DNA of 60,953 nucleotides, filler included. It is 6 parts of 6 records of this genome, joined end to end, with 100 filler letters (N's around TTAATTAATTAA, not from the genome) between each part and the next. Parts side by side here need not be neighbours in the genome. Positions count along the whole stretch, not along the records: positions 1 to 15,209 come from SRR15195285_1176; positions 15,310 to 26,669 come from SRR15195285_1179; 4 more parts are not named here. One strand, written 5' to 3'. Of the stretch, positions 11,201-23,000 are shown piece by piece. Position 1 is the stretch's first letter. Every line of letters begins with the position of its first letter. Below the pieces are notes generated by a model. That model did not search any database. It saw nothing but the letters and a program-made list of their open reading frames with translations, and was not told where the DNA came from. The position numbers were made by a program, and so were the translations under genes.

Positions 11201-14200
11201 GCCGCTGCAGTGAAACCACTGCAGTCCGTACCCAATGTAACGTCGATAGCCACACAGGCCTCCGCCGTCGCGGCAAGGCCATTCTGGGTGGAGGTGCGCG
11301 CAGTGGGACCTATCTCCGCAACAACGCCCCCTGCCAGCCGTCCAGTTGCGAATGTACAGCCGTCTGACGTCGGGCAGTCCGATTCTGCTCCGGAGGCAAG
11401 GAAGGCTTCGACATCACCGCAGTTCACATTCGGGTCTGAGTTGAGTGTTCCTGTGCACTCACCAAGCTCGGCATCTCCTTTAGTCCAAGGATATCGGTTA
11501 ATGTGCAAGCCGAACCGGGTGTCAAACATACTCAGCTTCGTGCTGTCTGCGGTTCCGTCTGGTGTACCAGGGCTCCAGAGCGATGCGCTTGGGGTGAAAT
11601 CTGGTTTTTGCGTGCCCAGAAGCTGAGAGCCGACGCTGTTGTAATACCAGTCACGGCTCGTGTATAAGTAGCCGATGGAGCTTGGGTCCGTCCCTTCTTC
11701 CGCTGCCGTTTCATCTTCGTCGTCCTCGACAGCGATGACGTCCAATGTCTGCAGCACATTCCAGTTAGTTGACGTGAACACAAGGTACGAGTTGCAATCA
11801 TAACCGAGCTTCTCGGCTTTGCAGAGCCCCGCTGTTGTGATGGGCCACTCGTCCTGATCCTCTTGAATCGATGCATCCCAGAAACAACCTTCTTTTTTGT
11901 CGCAGTTTGTCGCATCTGCGTTCTGAGCGCACACGATGTCCATGGACTTGGTTGCTCGACCTTTGCCGATGGTGTCGGGGCTACGGCCCACCATGGAGTC
12001 CACGCAGTGTCCGCGAGCCACACTGTCGGCACTTGCGTCGTACACGGCGTTGAAAGCAGCGGTGGCGTGCGACTCGCAAGTTGCTTGATCGCCGTAGCTG
12101 CTTTCGTCGAGGAATAGACCGTGAATATCCTTGCAGAACCCCTCGCCTGCACCCGTGCCATCTCCAGAGCCAGCCCCCTTGGCGATCCACCGGTTGCCGG
12201 TCTTCAAGCACTGATGTTGGCTCTTGAGATTCGGCAGCACCACGCCTGCGGAACTGGTGCAGCCATCTTGGTCTCCAGTCACATCGGCACCAACCGCAGC
12301 TACGTTCCCATCCCAGTGGTTGCCTGTGTTCTCGCAAGCTGCCTGATCTGCAGCGGCGACCTCAACAGGGTAGAGCGTGCCGTCGTGCGTGTTCGTGTAC
12401 TGGAAAGGACTCGCCGCATCGTTGGTCTGTGTGTTGCCCACCTTCTTGTCGTCCCAACCGATGCAGACGCCCGCCGTGGGCTGCGAGGACACCACCCAAG
12501 TGTTGTATGCTGACTGCCAGGCACAGCCAGACGCGGGATCCTGCGCTGTGCACGCTGCCTCGGTAGTCAGACTTGGGCAAACCCAGCCTGTTGGCAGCCC
12601 CGGTACACCAGTTTCATAGTCGTAAGCACTGTCCTTGTACGATTCAGGGCGCACAAACACACCGTTCGGGTCACAGGCATGGACCACCGACCGACCGTCC
12701 CAGCTCTGCCTCAAGGTATTCGCACCAGGAGTATAGTCGTTGCCAAGATCGTCAACGTCTTCTCTGTCCATGGTGCAGTCGTTAGCCTGGCTCCCACCGA
12801 CGGAGTTAACGTTGCTGCCTGCCGTATCAGTGACGGAGCGCAAACCGGTTACAGCGTCAAAGCACACAGCATACTGTGCCGTATCTTGGAAAATCACTTG
12901 CTCATCATCAGGAAGAATTGTGAGGCCGTCCGCAGTAGTGAAGTCTCCGCTTTGAACGTACACGGTGACGTCGTACATCGGCTCTGAGGAAAGCTTCAGC
13001 TTAATCTTCGGTCTCTCGGCAGCCACCTCACCCTCGGTTGGCGCGATTTCGCCGTCAGTGAGAGTGCTGTCATCGTTAGCAGAATCGCCACCGACGAATT
13101 CCTGGATGACGTAGGCGGCGTCATTGTCAGTGATCGATACGACAACGTCGTTGACGTCAATATCCTCGTAGTAGGTGTGTTGGAGGTTGATGTCCTGCGC
13201 GACCACGTAGTGGTGCACGTACGCGTCCTGTCCACGCCCGAAGACCTGCGGTTCGTACACGTCGTCATCGCGCGCAGTCACAACCACTGTCTGCGGCGTG
13301 TCCCAGTTGGTGCTGTCGAACACAAGCTGAGCACCGGAGGACAGGTCACCGCGCCAGGAGGGGCCGGAAACGTAGTCGACCATCTTCCAGTTGCGAAGAT
13401 TCGGTGCGGTATCTCCACCGTTGACCGTGTCTTTGACACACTCGCGCCCGTAGAGCATGTTCACGCCGGCATTCCCCGCCGCCTCGGTGGAGCCGTAGTC
13501 ATCGCCGCCGTGCCCGAAGACGTGGATGCTGCCGTACACGCGGTTGGCATCTGCGAGGTCCCCGTCCGTGTCGCACATCAGACCAGGTCGGTCGCAGTAG
13601 CGGCAGTAGTCGTCAACACGAGGGATATCACGCGTCACAGGAGAGCCATCTGCTCGGATGCGGTAGTCAGAGGTGCCAGCCTTGCAGTTGCCCCAATCGG
13701 TCGGCGTCGCAGTTGTCGGGTCGAAAACTGTGCCATCGGCATCAGCGTTTTTGCACACGTCAGCTGCAACTGGTTCGGTCCCATCGCGTGGAACATCTTC
13801 CAGTTTTCCAGCACAGTCGGCCCACACGCCGCTGATCTTATCCCAGCACTCCACATGCTGCAACCACTTCGGGTCCTCGCCACCCATCGGAACCCTCCTG
13901 AGAAGTGGAAACGAGGTTGAATCCACCACTTTGACGGTTTGATCTGGCATGGACGTGTAAGAGTGCATCCCGTCAAAATTGGCCACCTGTGGATAGCAGC
14001 CAAACATCAAGTAGTCCGCGTTGCCGAACGGAATGCCTGGAGCTGGACCGTTGGGCTTGCCTGTGCCCGCGGTAGTCCCAAGCCCGACTCCTGGCTCGGA
14101 CGGGTCATTACCCGTGTACGAGACCACTGTTGCAGCCGTGCCATCCACATCGGATAGTGGCATGACTTCCTGCTGTCCCATACCCTCCGACACGGCCGCC

Positions 14201-15209
14201 GACGTGGGATCTGCGGTTGACTTCACCATATAGCCCACGTACACTTCCTGGTTGAGGGTGGACCCGTCGGTGCTGTAAGTCTGGCGGATGGCCGCGGCGT
14301 TCTCGGAGCAGCGGTCGTACACAGGAGCAAAACCGTTGTAGAGGATATCTGTGCAGCGGCGGCCGCTGGGAGTCAGAAGGGCGGGCTTGCGAGCAGGAGG
14401 GGCAGCGGCGACTGCGGGCGAAGCGCACCGAGGCAGCCGTCGAACTCCTTCTGTGTCTCCGTGTCGCGGTTGTCCTCGGTGTTGTCAGCTCCACCGTCTG
14501 CGGCGAGGAATGCTGTCCCCGGGATGACTGACTCGAGCTGAGTGCAGTACGCCTCGTGCGTGCACAGCGGGCAAACGACCTTGTAATTGGCGAAGGTGGC
14601 CGGTGGATCAGTGGTGCCTCCGTAGAATGTGCTCGTAATGTCAATTTTAGGGCTGGCCTGCGTCGGGTTCTTCGTGCTGTATGCCACGTACACGTACGGC
14701 ACCGGACCCATGTGTACATCCTGCACCGGCCCATCGCCGTTCTCCTGCGACGCGCGGCCGTTGTCCGCTCCAGCGGGGGCCGTCTTGGCCGTGATGTCCG
14801 AGGAGGCGGCGACTAGTTCATCCGTGAGTGTCACCGATGCGACGTCCGTGTTAATCACGAGCTGTGTGCGGTGGCCCACGCGCTGCTCGAAGGGCGTGTC
14901 CGTGGTCGAGTCGTCCTGCTGGTAGACCTCTTGACTAGACGTCAGATAGATGCGCACCTCGTCGTTTAGAAGGTCAATTGTCTCGTCCTCGCGCATCCCC
15001 GGCGGGTGCGTGAGCACCACAGTGTACGCGAAGCTCTCTCCTTCAGTGACGTGCCGCACGGACGTCGAGATGAAGACGTCCGGCAGCGCGCTCGCGGGGT
15101 CGGAGAACAGCAAGTCGCGCCCCGTGCCTTCGTCCTCGGCTCCTACGCGCAGAGTCCAGCCACCGGTCGGAAAGGGCACGTAGGGGGGGGGGGGGGGGGG
15201 GGGGGGGGG
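5239..15209 (-). CDS. Giant extracellular Cys/Asp/Thr/Gly-rich protein with five Calx-beta-like modules (5'-partial; exons 15209-14429 and 14348-5239; >3,280 aa)
   Basis: ORFs 14373-15179 and 5239-14322 join in frame across an 80-bp intron (...FDGCL-D-ILYNGFAPVYDRC...). Repeated motifs (V/P)TEG...Y/FT(V/I)xL...P and (L/V)xF(T/D)xx(N/D)WxxPxxVxVxAxDDD. No obvious C-terminal transmembrane segment. Confidence 0.8.
14349..14428 (-). other. Spliceosomal intron (80 bp)
   Basis: Minus strand GTGCGC...CTGAC (branch-like)...TGCACAG. Removal restores the frame between two ORFs of similar composition. Confidence 0.85.
15183..15209. repeat. G homopolymer at contig end
   Basis: 27-nt G run. It reads as poly-Pro on the minus strand and is probably an assembly break. 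Confidence 0.9.
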
Positions 15210-15309
15210 NNNNNNNNNNNNNNNNNNNNNNNNNNNNNNNNNNNNNNNNNNNNTTAATTAATTAANNNNNNNNNNNNNNNNNNNNNNNNNNNNNNNNNNN
15301 NNNNNNNNN
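15210..15309. other. Artificial contig spacer
   Basis: 44 N + TTAATTAATTAA (stops in all six frames) + 44 N, identical at five places. Confidence 0.99.
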
Positions 15310-15331
15310 GCTGCTGCTGCTGCTGCTGCTG
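15310..15331. repeat. (GCT)n microsatellite at contig start
   Basis: Perfect trinucleotide run next to the spacer. Confidence 0.9.
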
Positions 15332-15476
15332 CAGGGGCACGACCGGCCGATGCGTGCGTTCACTTTGCAGGTGCCATCGCTGCAGTCGCACCAAAACGAA
15401 AGGCTGGTTGCAGGGCCCTGTCTTTCGTGCGTGCTGATGTCTCACACGGTGTGGTTTGTGCCGCAGAGGGTGTGGG

Positions 15477-16922
15477 ATGGATCGAGCGCCGGCGGTGGCA
15501 CGGACCATGGTTGACGCCGCCAGGACCTCCGCCGGCTCGGCAGCCAACGCAGCGCTGGCGGAGCTGCTCGCAAAGATTTTCGAGCAGGAGAGCTCGGCGG
15601 CCGCGGCTAAGTTTTTGGCCTCGCGGTCGTGTAGCCGGGGACAACGGCGACAGCTGGCAGAGCTCGCGTGCTTGGAGCAAGCGTGGCGAGAATGCGATCA
15701 GACCATCCCGGGGAATGTGCAAGACCTCGCTGCCACACTGGTTACCGAGCTGTATGAGCCATTCTGGTTCTACCGCAGCACCCTGCTTGGTGCGGTGAGC
15801 GATGAGCAACCGCGCTCGCTGTTTGGGCGTCGGTTGGCAACGCCACCTTTGCGGCAAGGCAAGCGAGATAGGTATTGGATGGCGCGGAGTGGAACTGTGA
15901 GGAACACCTGGCTGCCTGGCTTGCCGTCTTGCGAGGAGCAAGATGCAGGAGCGTCGATCGATGCAACATTCGACGCGGTGGTCCACTTCGTGCAGGCGGG
16001 CAGCGGCACCGGGGTACACATCGGTGGCGGTCGTGTGCTGACTTGCGCCCATGTCGTCGACTGTCGAGACGACGATAACATGGACGAAGACGATGTTCCA
16101 GTCCGACTCAGACGCAACAAGCTGTTGATGTTCGCGTCTGGAAGAACTTTCATTGCCGAGTGTGCAGCGGTGCTGGAGACAACCGATGGTGTCAAGGATG
16201 TGGCGTTAGTTGCTCTCGGAGCCGAGGTAGATGTGTCCTCCCTTCCCACGTCGCATGGCGAAGCGATGCCAGGTGGCGGCACTGCTGCTTCTGGTGCTTC
16301 TGCTGCTTCTTGGAGAGGCAGGCGGACCAAAAGCAAGGGCAAAGGAGGGGAGGACGCAGCTATGGTCACTACGGGGGCTGTGGTAGGCGAGCCACTCCCA
16401 GCAGCTGCGGTTGCACAGACAGCTGCGACCCTGGGTGAGCGGCTGTTTTGTGTTGGCAACCCATCTAATGTCGATCTGGAGAGTTTAGCTGCCACGGGTA
16501 GCATCGAATTCGAGCCGCCGACGTGGCACGCGTCGGTTGGCATGTGCGAAGGTTATCTCGACCCATCTGTACAAGCTGCAGCCGCGGCTCAGCAGGCTCG
16601 GGGCCGCGCACCAACGCGTGGGGAGCTGAAATCGATTCTGGATGCTTCACCAGTGGGTGCCACGGAGGGCACTTATATGCACCACTCCTGCTGGACATAC
16701 TGGGGGCACTCTGGGGCACCTCTGTTCGATGAGGAAGGCCGTGTGACAGGTCTGCACTGCGCGTGGGACGACCGGACAGGGGCTCGGCACGGTCAGAAAC
16801 TACAGCACCTGTTGGACACGATTGCCTCAGCAGGAGAGCCAGCACTGGAGCAGACAGCTGCTAGAATAAAGGTCGAAGGCAAAGCGGGCAAAAAGAGGCG
16901 CCGCAAGGCAGAAAACGTATAG
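15477..16922 (+). CDS. Trypsin-like (Trypsin_2 / clan PA) serine protease, apparently intracellular
   Basis: Catalytic triad motifs GSGTGVHIGGGRVLTCAHVV (His), KDVALVAL (Asp) and CWTYWGHSGAPLF (Ser). No signal peptide seen. Basic C-terminus KAGKKRRRK. Start is ATG 15477 or 15507. Confidence 0.85.
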   Translation: MDRAPAVARTMVDAARTSAGSAANAALAELLAKIFEQESSAAAAKFLASRSCSRGQRRQLAELACLEQAWRECDQTIPGNVQDLAATLVTELYEPFWFYRSTLLGAVSDEQPRSLFGRRLATPPLRQGKRDRYWMARSGTVRNTWLPGLPSCEEQDAGASIDATFDAVVHFVQAGSGTGVHIGGGRVLTCAHVVDCRDDDNMDEDDVPVRLRRNKLLMFASGRTFIAECAAVLETTDGVKDVALVALGAEVDVSSLPTSHGEAMPGGGTAASGASAASWRGRRTKSKGKGGEDAAMVTTGAVVGEPLPAAAVAQTAATLGERLFCVGNPSNVDLESLAATGSIEFEPPTWHASVGMCEGYLDPSVQAAAAAQQARGRAPTRGELKSILDASPVGATEGTYMHHSCWTYWGHSGAPLFDEEGRVTGLHCAWDDRTGARHGQKLQHLLDTIASAGEPALEQTAARIKVEGKAGKKRRRKAENV

Positions 16923-17033
16923 TGGTTAAATGGATCAATCGGCATCACTGCCAGCACGGCAGAAGAAGAATACAACGTCGGACTTGAAATTCACAGTTAC
17001 ATTAATTATTTCATATCACTCAACTCACTGATT

Positions 17034-20000
17034 CTATGATCGCAAGGCTAGGAACATAGCGCAGCCTGCTCGAATCCAGTAGTCCTGCGGCCGATCTGTC
17101 GCAACCTCAACGTTCATGACATAGTTGGTTGAGTGTCCGGTCGTGAGCAGCACGCCAGCCCTCGTTAAAATTTTGTAGAGCGGTACCTGGTACATGCCTT
17201 CAGCCTCCCGGAACTCGTGCGTTGGGTGCTCGCGGTTCTGCACCGGCTTGAGCCAGAAAGACGGCATCTTGGAAAAGAGCTCCTTCGGTCGCGGATCCGC
17301 AAGTTGATGGGTTTTGTCATCCCAAGTCGCTCCTTCGATGTACATCCCGTACACATAGCACCCACCTTCCTCTTTCACTGGCGCCTCGGTCAGCTCGCCC
17401 CAATCTACATCATCTCTGACAATGTAGTCGTAGTCGATTGTGTCAACAGGTAGCTGGTGCAGACGCGCATAGTTCTGACGAACGCCGGTCAGGAATGCCT
17501 GAGGGAAAAAGAAGCCACTAATCCAGAAGCTCGCCGGTGCACCATTGTCGTACCATGACTGCACAAATTTCATCCTCTCGATCAGATCATTAATCCACGA
17601 CGCCAACGGCATGAGGTTCGGGTAGGAAAAGTCCTGCCACATCCCTGGCACCTGATTGTTGTTAATCGATCGGAAGGCTTTCTCGAGCTCGGACGACATG
17701 ACGACAAACCCGCCGATCGCCAGTTTTAGTTGCGCGCACGACTCGTGAATTACGGCCAACACGCAGTTGTAACGGGTCACCTCCTGCATAAGCACTGTGT
17801 TCATGCACTCGTTGTAGTCGGTCGGGTACTTGTTGTAGACATCCTCTTCGTTCATCGGCTTCGGGATGAGTTCTAGATAGGAATCACAGAGCTCGAAGAC
17901 GATCTCCTCTGGTGTTTTACCACCGCCGCCCCCGCCTCCTCCTGCGCCATCTAGGCTCACCACAATGCTAAACATCTTGAGCATCTCGTTCTGGGCGCAG
18001 GTGATATCTGCGTTGTCGTCGAGGCCGAAAACTTCTGGAGCGGGGTTGATCGGCAAGGTAGAAACGTATTCCAGGTAGTGCTCTTTCGTCTCTCCGTCTT
18101 CAGGAATGTAGTATGTGCCTGATGGGGAGAACTTGTAATCGTCGTCCATAGCTTTCGGTGTAATGTACTGGTCGAGGATAGACATCAAAGCACGTCGGTC
18201 TTTGTCGTCCGTCACACGCCCGCCATAGTTAACGTCGCCACAGAGGATAAGCATAACCTTGTAAGGGATATCTTCGTACTCGTCAATGAAGTCATGGATC
18301 TGCTCGACGCAACAGGCCAGGTCCATGTCGGAGAATGCATACAGGATGTTCCAGCCAAGTGGACCGAACTTGCGGCGCTCCTGGACCAGAGCGTGAAAGA
18401 AGGCGATGGAGAACAGCAGCTTGCGCCAGGCTGCACCATTGTTCGACTCAGTGAGCTTCTCCGGCTTGAACGCAAGGAATGTACGCCGCACATTAGCCTT
18501 GAGCCCTTTCGGCGGTTCCAACGTCATTTTGACGCCGTTCTGTAGAACTGCCACAGGGAATACAGGTGAGGGCATTGCCGAGAGCCAGAGCCTGAAGTCC
18601 CTGTGCATCTTGTCAGGGGAGAACTCCTCCACAATTTTGTCGAAGGCTGTCATCCACGACTTCGCCAAGTGGCAGTTCTGCAGCAGCACCCAAGTGCCTC
18701 GCTCCATACCTTCCTCAATCATCGACGCGGCAATCGGACCTTGGCCCTGACCAAGTGAGATCGAGGCCAGCTTCTTGTTCATCTTCATCTCCGTGGCGAA
18801 GCGCACCAGATCAGCCATTGGGTCAGCGCCCGCTGACAGCACGAAGATAAGCGGTGTCATGTTGGTCGCGTCATCAAAGCATGCCGCCAGGTCGAACGCC
18901 GGCGGCTCAATATACTTTTGTCCGAATTTTTCGGTGATGTAGTTCTGGCTAGCTTCAACCACTTTGTCGGCTCGAAGGCAACGGCAAAACAGCATCTTCT
19001 GGAACGAGTTCAGTTTCTCGTCCCAAGGGCCCGGCAGTGCATCTTCATGCGCTGTCACGCTGTCAAAAATTGCCTTGAATTCTGTGAGGTAAGTGGCGAA
19101 GTCGCTGTCGAGGCCATTGAACGCAGGAATCTTTGCGACATTCGAGATCTCGATCCACGAACCCTCAGTGAGCCAATCCGGTGCTGGGTTGGGTAGTGCA
19201 CATTCGATCGATGAGGGACCCTTGATTAAGAAGGCCCACTCAGTGGGGTCGATCTCCTTATTTCCTTGCAAGATCCTGATCGTCACAAGGAAAGAGAATA
19301 GCAGCTTGTGCTGTTCGAAGAGAGATCGGCAGATGTTGCAGTACAGCGAGTAAGTGAAGTACTCGTTGATGTTGACGACACGCTGAGGCAGATCCTCGGG
19401 GTCCTCCGGCTGCTCTGCCTTGTTAATGCCCAGGATAAAGAGGTTCATGAACCATCCCAAACTGTACTCGTACATAGGGTCGACGTTGTTGAGGTTGGAT
19501 ATGCAGAAGAAAAGGATCGCGCCACGGAAGGCGACTGGAACGTACTTTTCCGAAGTCTCGGCAATCTCCGCGGAGGTGACTTCTGCGGCCTCGACTTTGA
19601 CCTTGATTTCCTCGCTGGTAACCTTGGATGACGCCAAAGTGTTGATGAGTACTTCGTCATCTAGAATATTACCCTGCGAATTCGCGAGAAGGTGAAGAAT
19701 CTCGTCCTCAATATCTTGCATTTCCTTCTTCATCTTCGCCATCTGGACGACAAGCTCACCACGCTTTGTCGCGAGATCAGCTCGCTCCTGTTCGACCACC
19801 ACGTTCACGAGCTGCTCCTGTAGACCCTCCATAGTAATCATGAAATTGAGCAGGGAGACTTTTACGGAAACCTCGGGTGCGTAGTGAGGGTTAGCCAACT
19901 TGGTCGTCATGTAGAACTTAAACTCTTGGTGATAGGGGACAATGGAATCGCCGAGCTTGATCATCTCTGTCCCTCGTTGCTTGAACGTCTGCTTGCCCAG

Positions 20001-23000
20001 CACAGGCTCCAGCGCTGCATCGAGCGACTCGTACACGTTCTCCAACAAGATTGCGCGACCAAAACGAATCGCGTTTTCGAGCGTGCGGAGGTAGTCTTTG
20101 TCAGTGAGCTTAATCAGGTCAAGGCCGTGTTCCTTCTCCATATTGCGCACCCACTTGTTGCCCTGAAGCTGCGGGTCGATCATCAGCGGCCAGCGCCGGG
20201 CGCTAGTCACGATGATCGCGTTCTCTGTGGACACGTTGTCTGAAGGCAACCCCTGAAGTCCCCAAGCGCGAACCTTCACTGGATCCATCATCACAGTAAG
20301 CAGTGAAGATCCCTCGTTGTGTGGAACGCTCTTTTCAACCAGCTTGGCCCTCCACATGGCACAGATCTTATCTCGGTACGTGCTCGTGAACGGACCAAGG
20401 TACGCGATAGAACCAGCGGCAACAATGACATCTCCTTGTAGCTTGATGTAATCCTGGTTCAGCTTCTCAACAGTCGCTTGCCAGCGAACCTTCTCGCCAC
20501 CGAGCCCGCCGAGCAGCTGGTGTGCACGCCCGAGCTTAGCTTCGCAGTCAGCAACCGTGGCTGCCAGCTCATCCTGCTTTGCCACGGCTTCTTTGTAATT
20601 CTTGTCTAGCAAGTCGAGCTTGTCGACCACCTCTTTGAGCTTCGCCTTGGTGACAGCGAGGCCATCCATTGTGACCTTGAGCTCAGCTTGGGAGTCTGCT
20701 AGTGCCTTACGTTTCGGTTCAATGGAGCGTGAAACGTGATAGAACTTGTGCATCGCATGCACCCACTGACATACTGCGGTGCAGGCCTTGCTAACTTTCG
20801 CAATCACCTCGGGCGTAAAAAGCTCATTCTCGATGTACGGCGAAATCTTGTTGATCACCTTCTCGGGGATATTCTCCTTGTCGTAGTCGAACAAGGACTT
20901 CAGGAATTTGTTCGGGTCGTTGAGCAACGCTTTTCCGACATCCCAGTAGTCATCCACCTTGCCGCGGCCATCTGGAGCTGCCACTTTTTTCGGCTTCACC
21001 TCGAACATAATGCACACCGCAGAGATGACCAGACGAACTCCATCAGGAGGCTTCTGTAGACCCTTCACCTCGACTATGTCGTTCTTCGACAGGAGCTCCA
21101 GCGATTTGAGCGCCTTGTCGAGAGCCGGCAAGGCCTCGTCCAGGTCAGCCTGGGCATCATCAGCAATTGCCTTGCATTCAGCTGCCTTGGCCTCGGCGGC
21201 AGCCTCGTCCGCAGCAACAACCGCCTTGACTTCGTTAGCCTCTTCCGTATCAGATTTGATTACAACCATCATGTCTGCTACCTCTTTCTGTGTCTTCTCG
21301 AGCACTGGCTGGAGCGCAACGAGCTCTTCTTGCATCACAGCAACCTCTTCCCCAGTAGTGATCAGCTTGTCTAGGCCGACAGACAGACGCTGGCACAGCC
21401 CGCCTACCTCTTCGCGTTTCTCGGCGAGGAGTTTCTCGTAAGTGCTGAGCAGCTCGAGGTAGCTGGTAGGAGTGACGTAATTCTTACGCTTCAGGGCGTC
21501 GAAGTATTCGGTGCTCACGTCCTCCACGGACTTGTGCACGTACATTACCATTTCAACGAGACCCGGCCGCACGCTCTCGTCAGACAGCTCGACGCTGTCC
21601 AGGGTAGACGCCGCTACACTTGTGAGCGCCTGCTCTGGCCACTCGGCAAACCAGTCGATGGTACAGCAACTGACCAAAGATGGAAACTGACGAAGGCGTT
21701 CGCGGAAGACATCGCCGATAGGGCTCATAGCCAAGACAAGGTGAAGGTTCTGACGAACACGGCTGACGTACACCGCATCGAAGTTCATCTTGTTCGCTTG
21801 CAACCCCTTGGCAGCGCATACTGGCCGCGCTGCAGTAGCTATGGCGTCCTGATCCTCTGGCGCAGACATGAGATTGGGGACGTCGCCTGTATTGAGGATG
21901 TTATTCAGGTCCTCCAGAAAAGTCTCCATCACAATCTGAGTGTCGACGAACAGGAAGACAGTAGGCTTACCCTCCACACCAGCCATCTTCAGGCACGTTT
22001 TCAGGTCTTCACGCCATTCGTTCATGCCGTAGCCCTTGGCAACCTCTATCTTGAACAACTCAAATTCAGCCATGAACGTCGCGAGACGTGTCAGACTCTG
22101 CCGCCCGCTACCGCCAACGCCAAGAAGCAGAGCATTTCCCATCGGCTGGCGAATCACACGGCAAATGCGGCTCACATGCTCCATCGCGTCAGTGAACAGG
22201 ATCAGCGGCATCGGTGCGTTGGACTGCGCGTTGTAGTCCTCAAGATACTCGTTCATGACGGCCGTTAGCTTCGTCATGTCGTTGAGGTGGTCATAAAACT
22301 TCGGGTCTGCGTTGGGGACAATGTACTCACCGTAGAACACCAAATCATCTAAGACGCCCTCCGCGTTCGTGAAAATTTCTGCCCACTGCAAGTCGAAAAA
22401 TTCAGACGAGAGTGTTTGCAGCTGACCTTCGAACCAGTTGCGGTCCTTGTTGTTGATCATGCGATCCTTGAACACGCGACGGGTTTCATGAGCCCAGAGT
22501 ACCACCAGACCTTTCGGCTCGAGCACGCACTTGTTATTGCAGTTCAGCATTCCCTGGATGACCTTGGACATGTCACGCAGGTTGAAAGTGTAGTGTGACT
22601 TCTCGGGAGTAGGTAGGAGCTCGGCGGCAATGGTATTGTATAGCTTGATCGTTGCCGAGATCGTCGGCCCAGACAGGGCTGCAACCTCCTCAGGGAAATC
22701 TTTGCTCAAGAAGTTAGAGAGGATCGTTGAGAAAATTAGTGTCATGGAATCATCGCGCAGCTCGGTGTACCCAATGATATTGAAATGGCGCATATATCGA
22801 TTTGTGACGGGCTGGCGTCCGCCACCAGGCGGGCCCATGGCGCCCACCCACACGAGGTCAACGATCTTCATGAAAGTCAAAGTTTTACGGTCAAACCATC
22901 CGCCGTGGTCTGCCCACTGGCGAAGTAGCTCGATCGGAGGCTGCGCGCCGTATTCCTCCTTCTTGGGCATGTTCAAGTCATCAACCAGGATGACGTACTG

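Noticed and set aside
14349-14428. Frameshift/pseudogene or programmed frameshift between ORF pairs (also 28.8-29.9 kb, 33.4 kb and 49.1 kb)
   Set aside because: Each break is explained by a canonical GT-AG intron that restores the frame exactly.
15254-15265. TTAATTAATTAA recurring five times as a possible biological repeat
   Set aside because: Always centred in 44+44 N, so it is an artificial concatenation linker. Gene neighbourhood across spacers carries no meaning.
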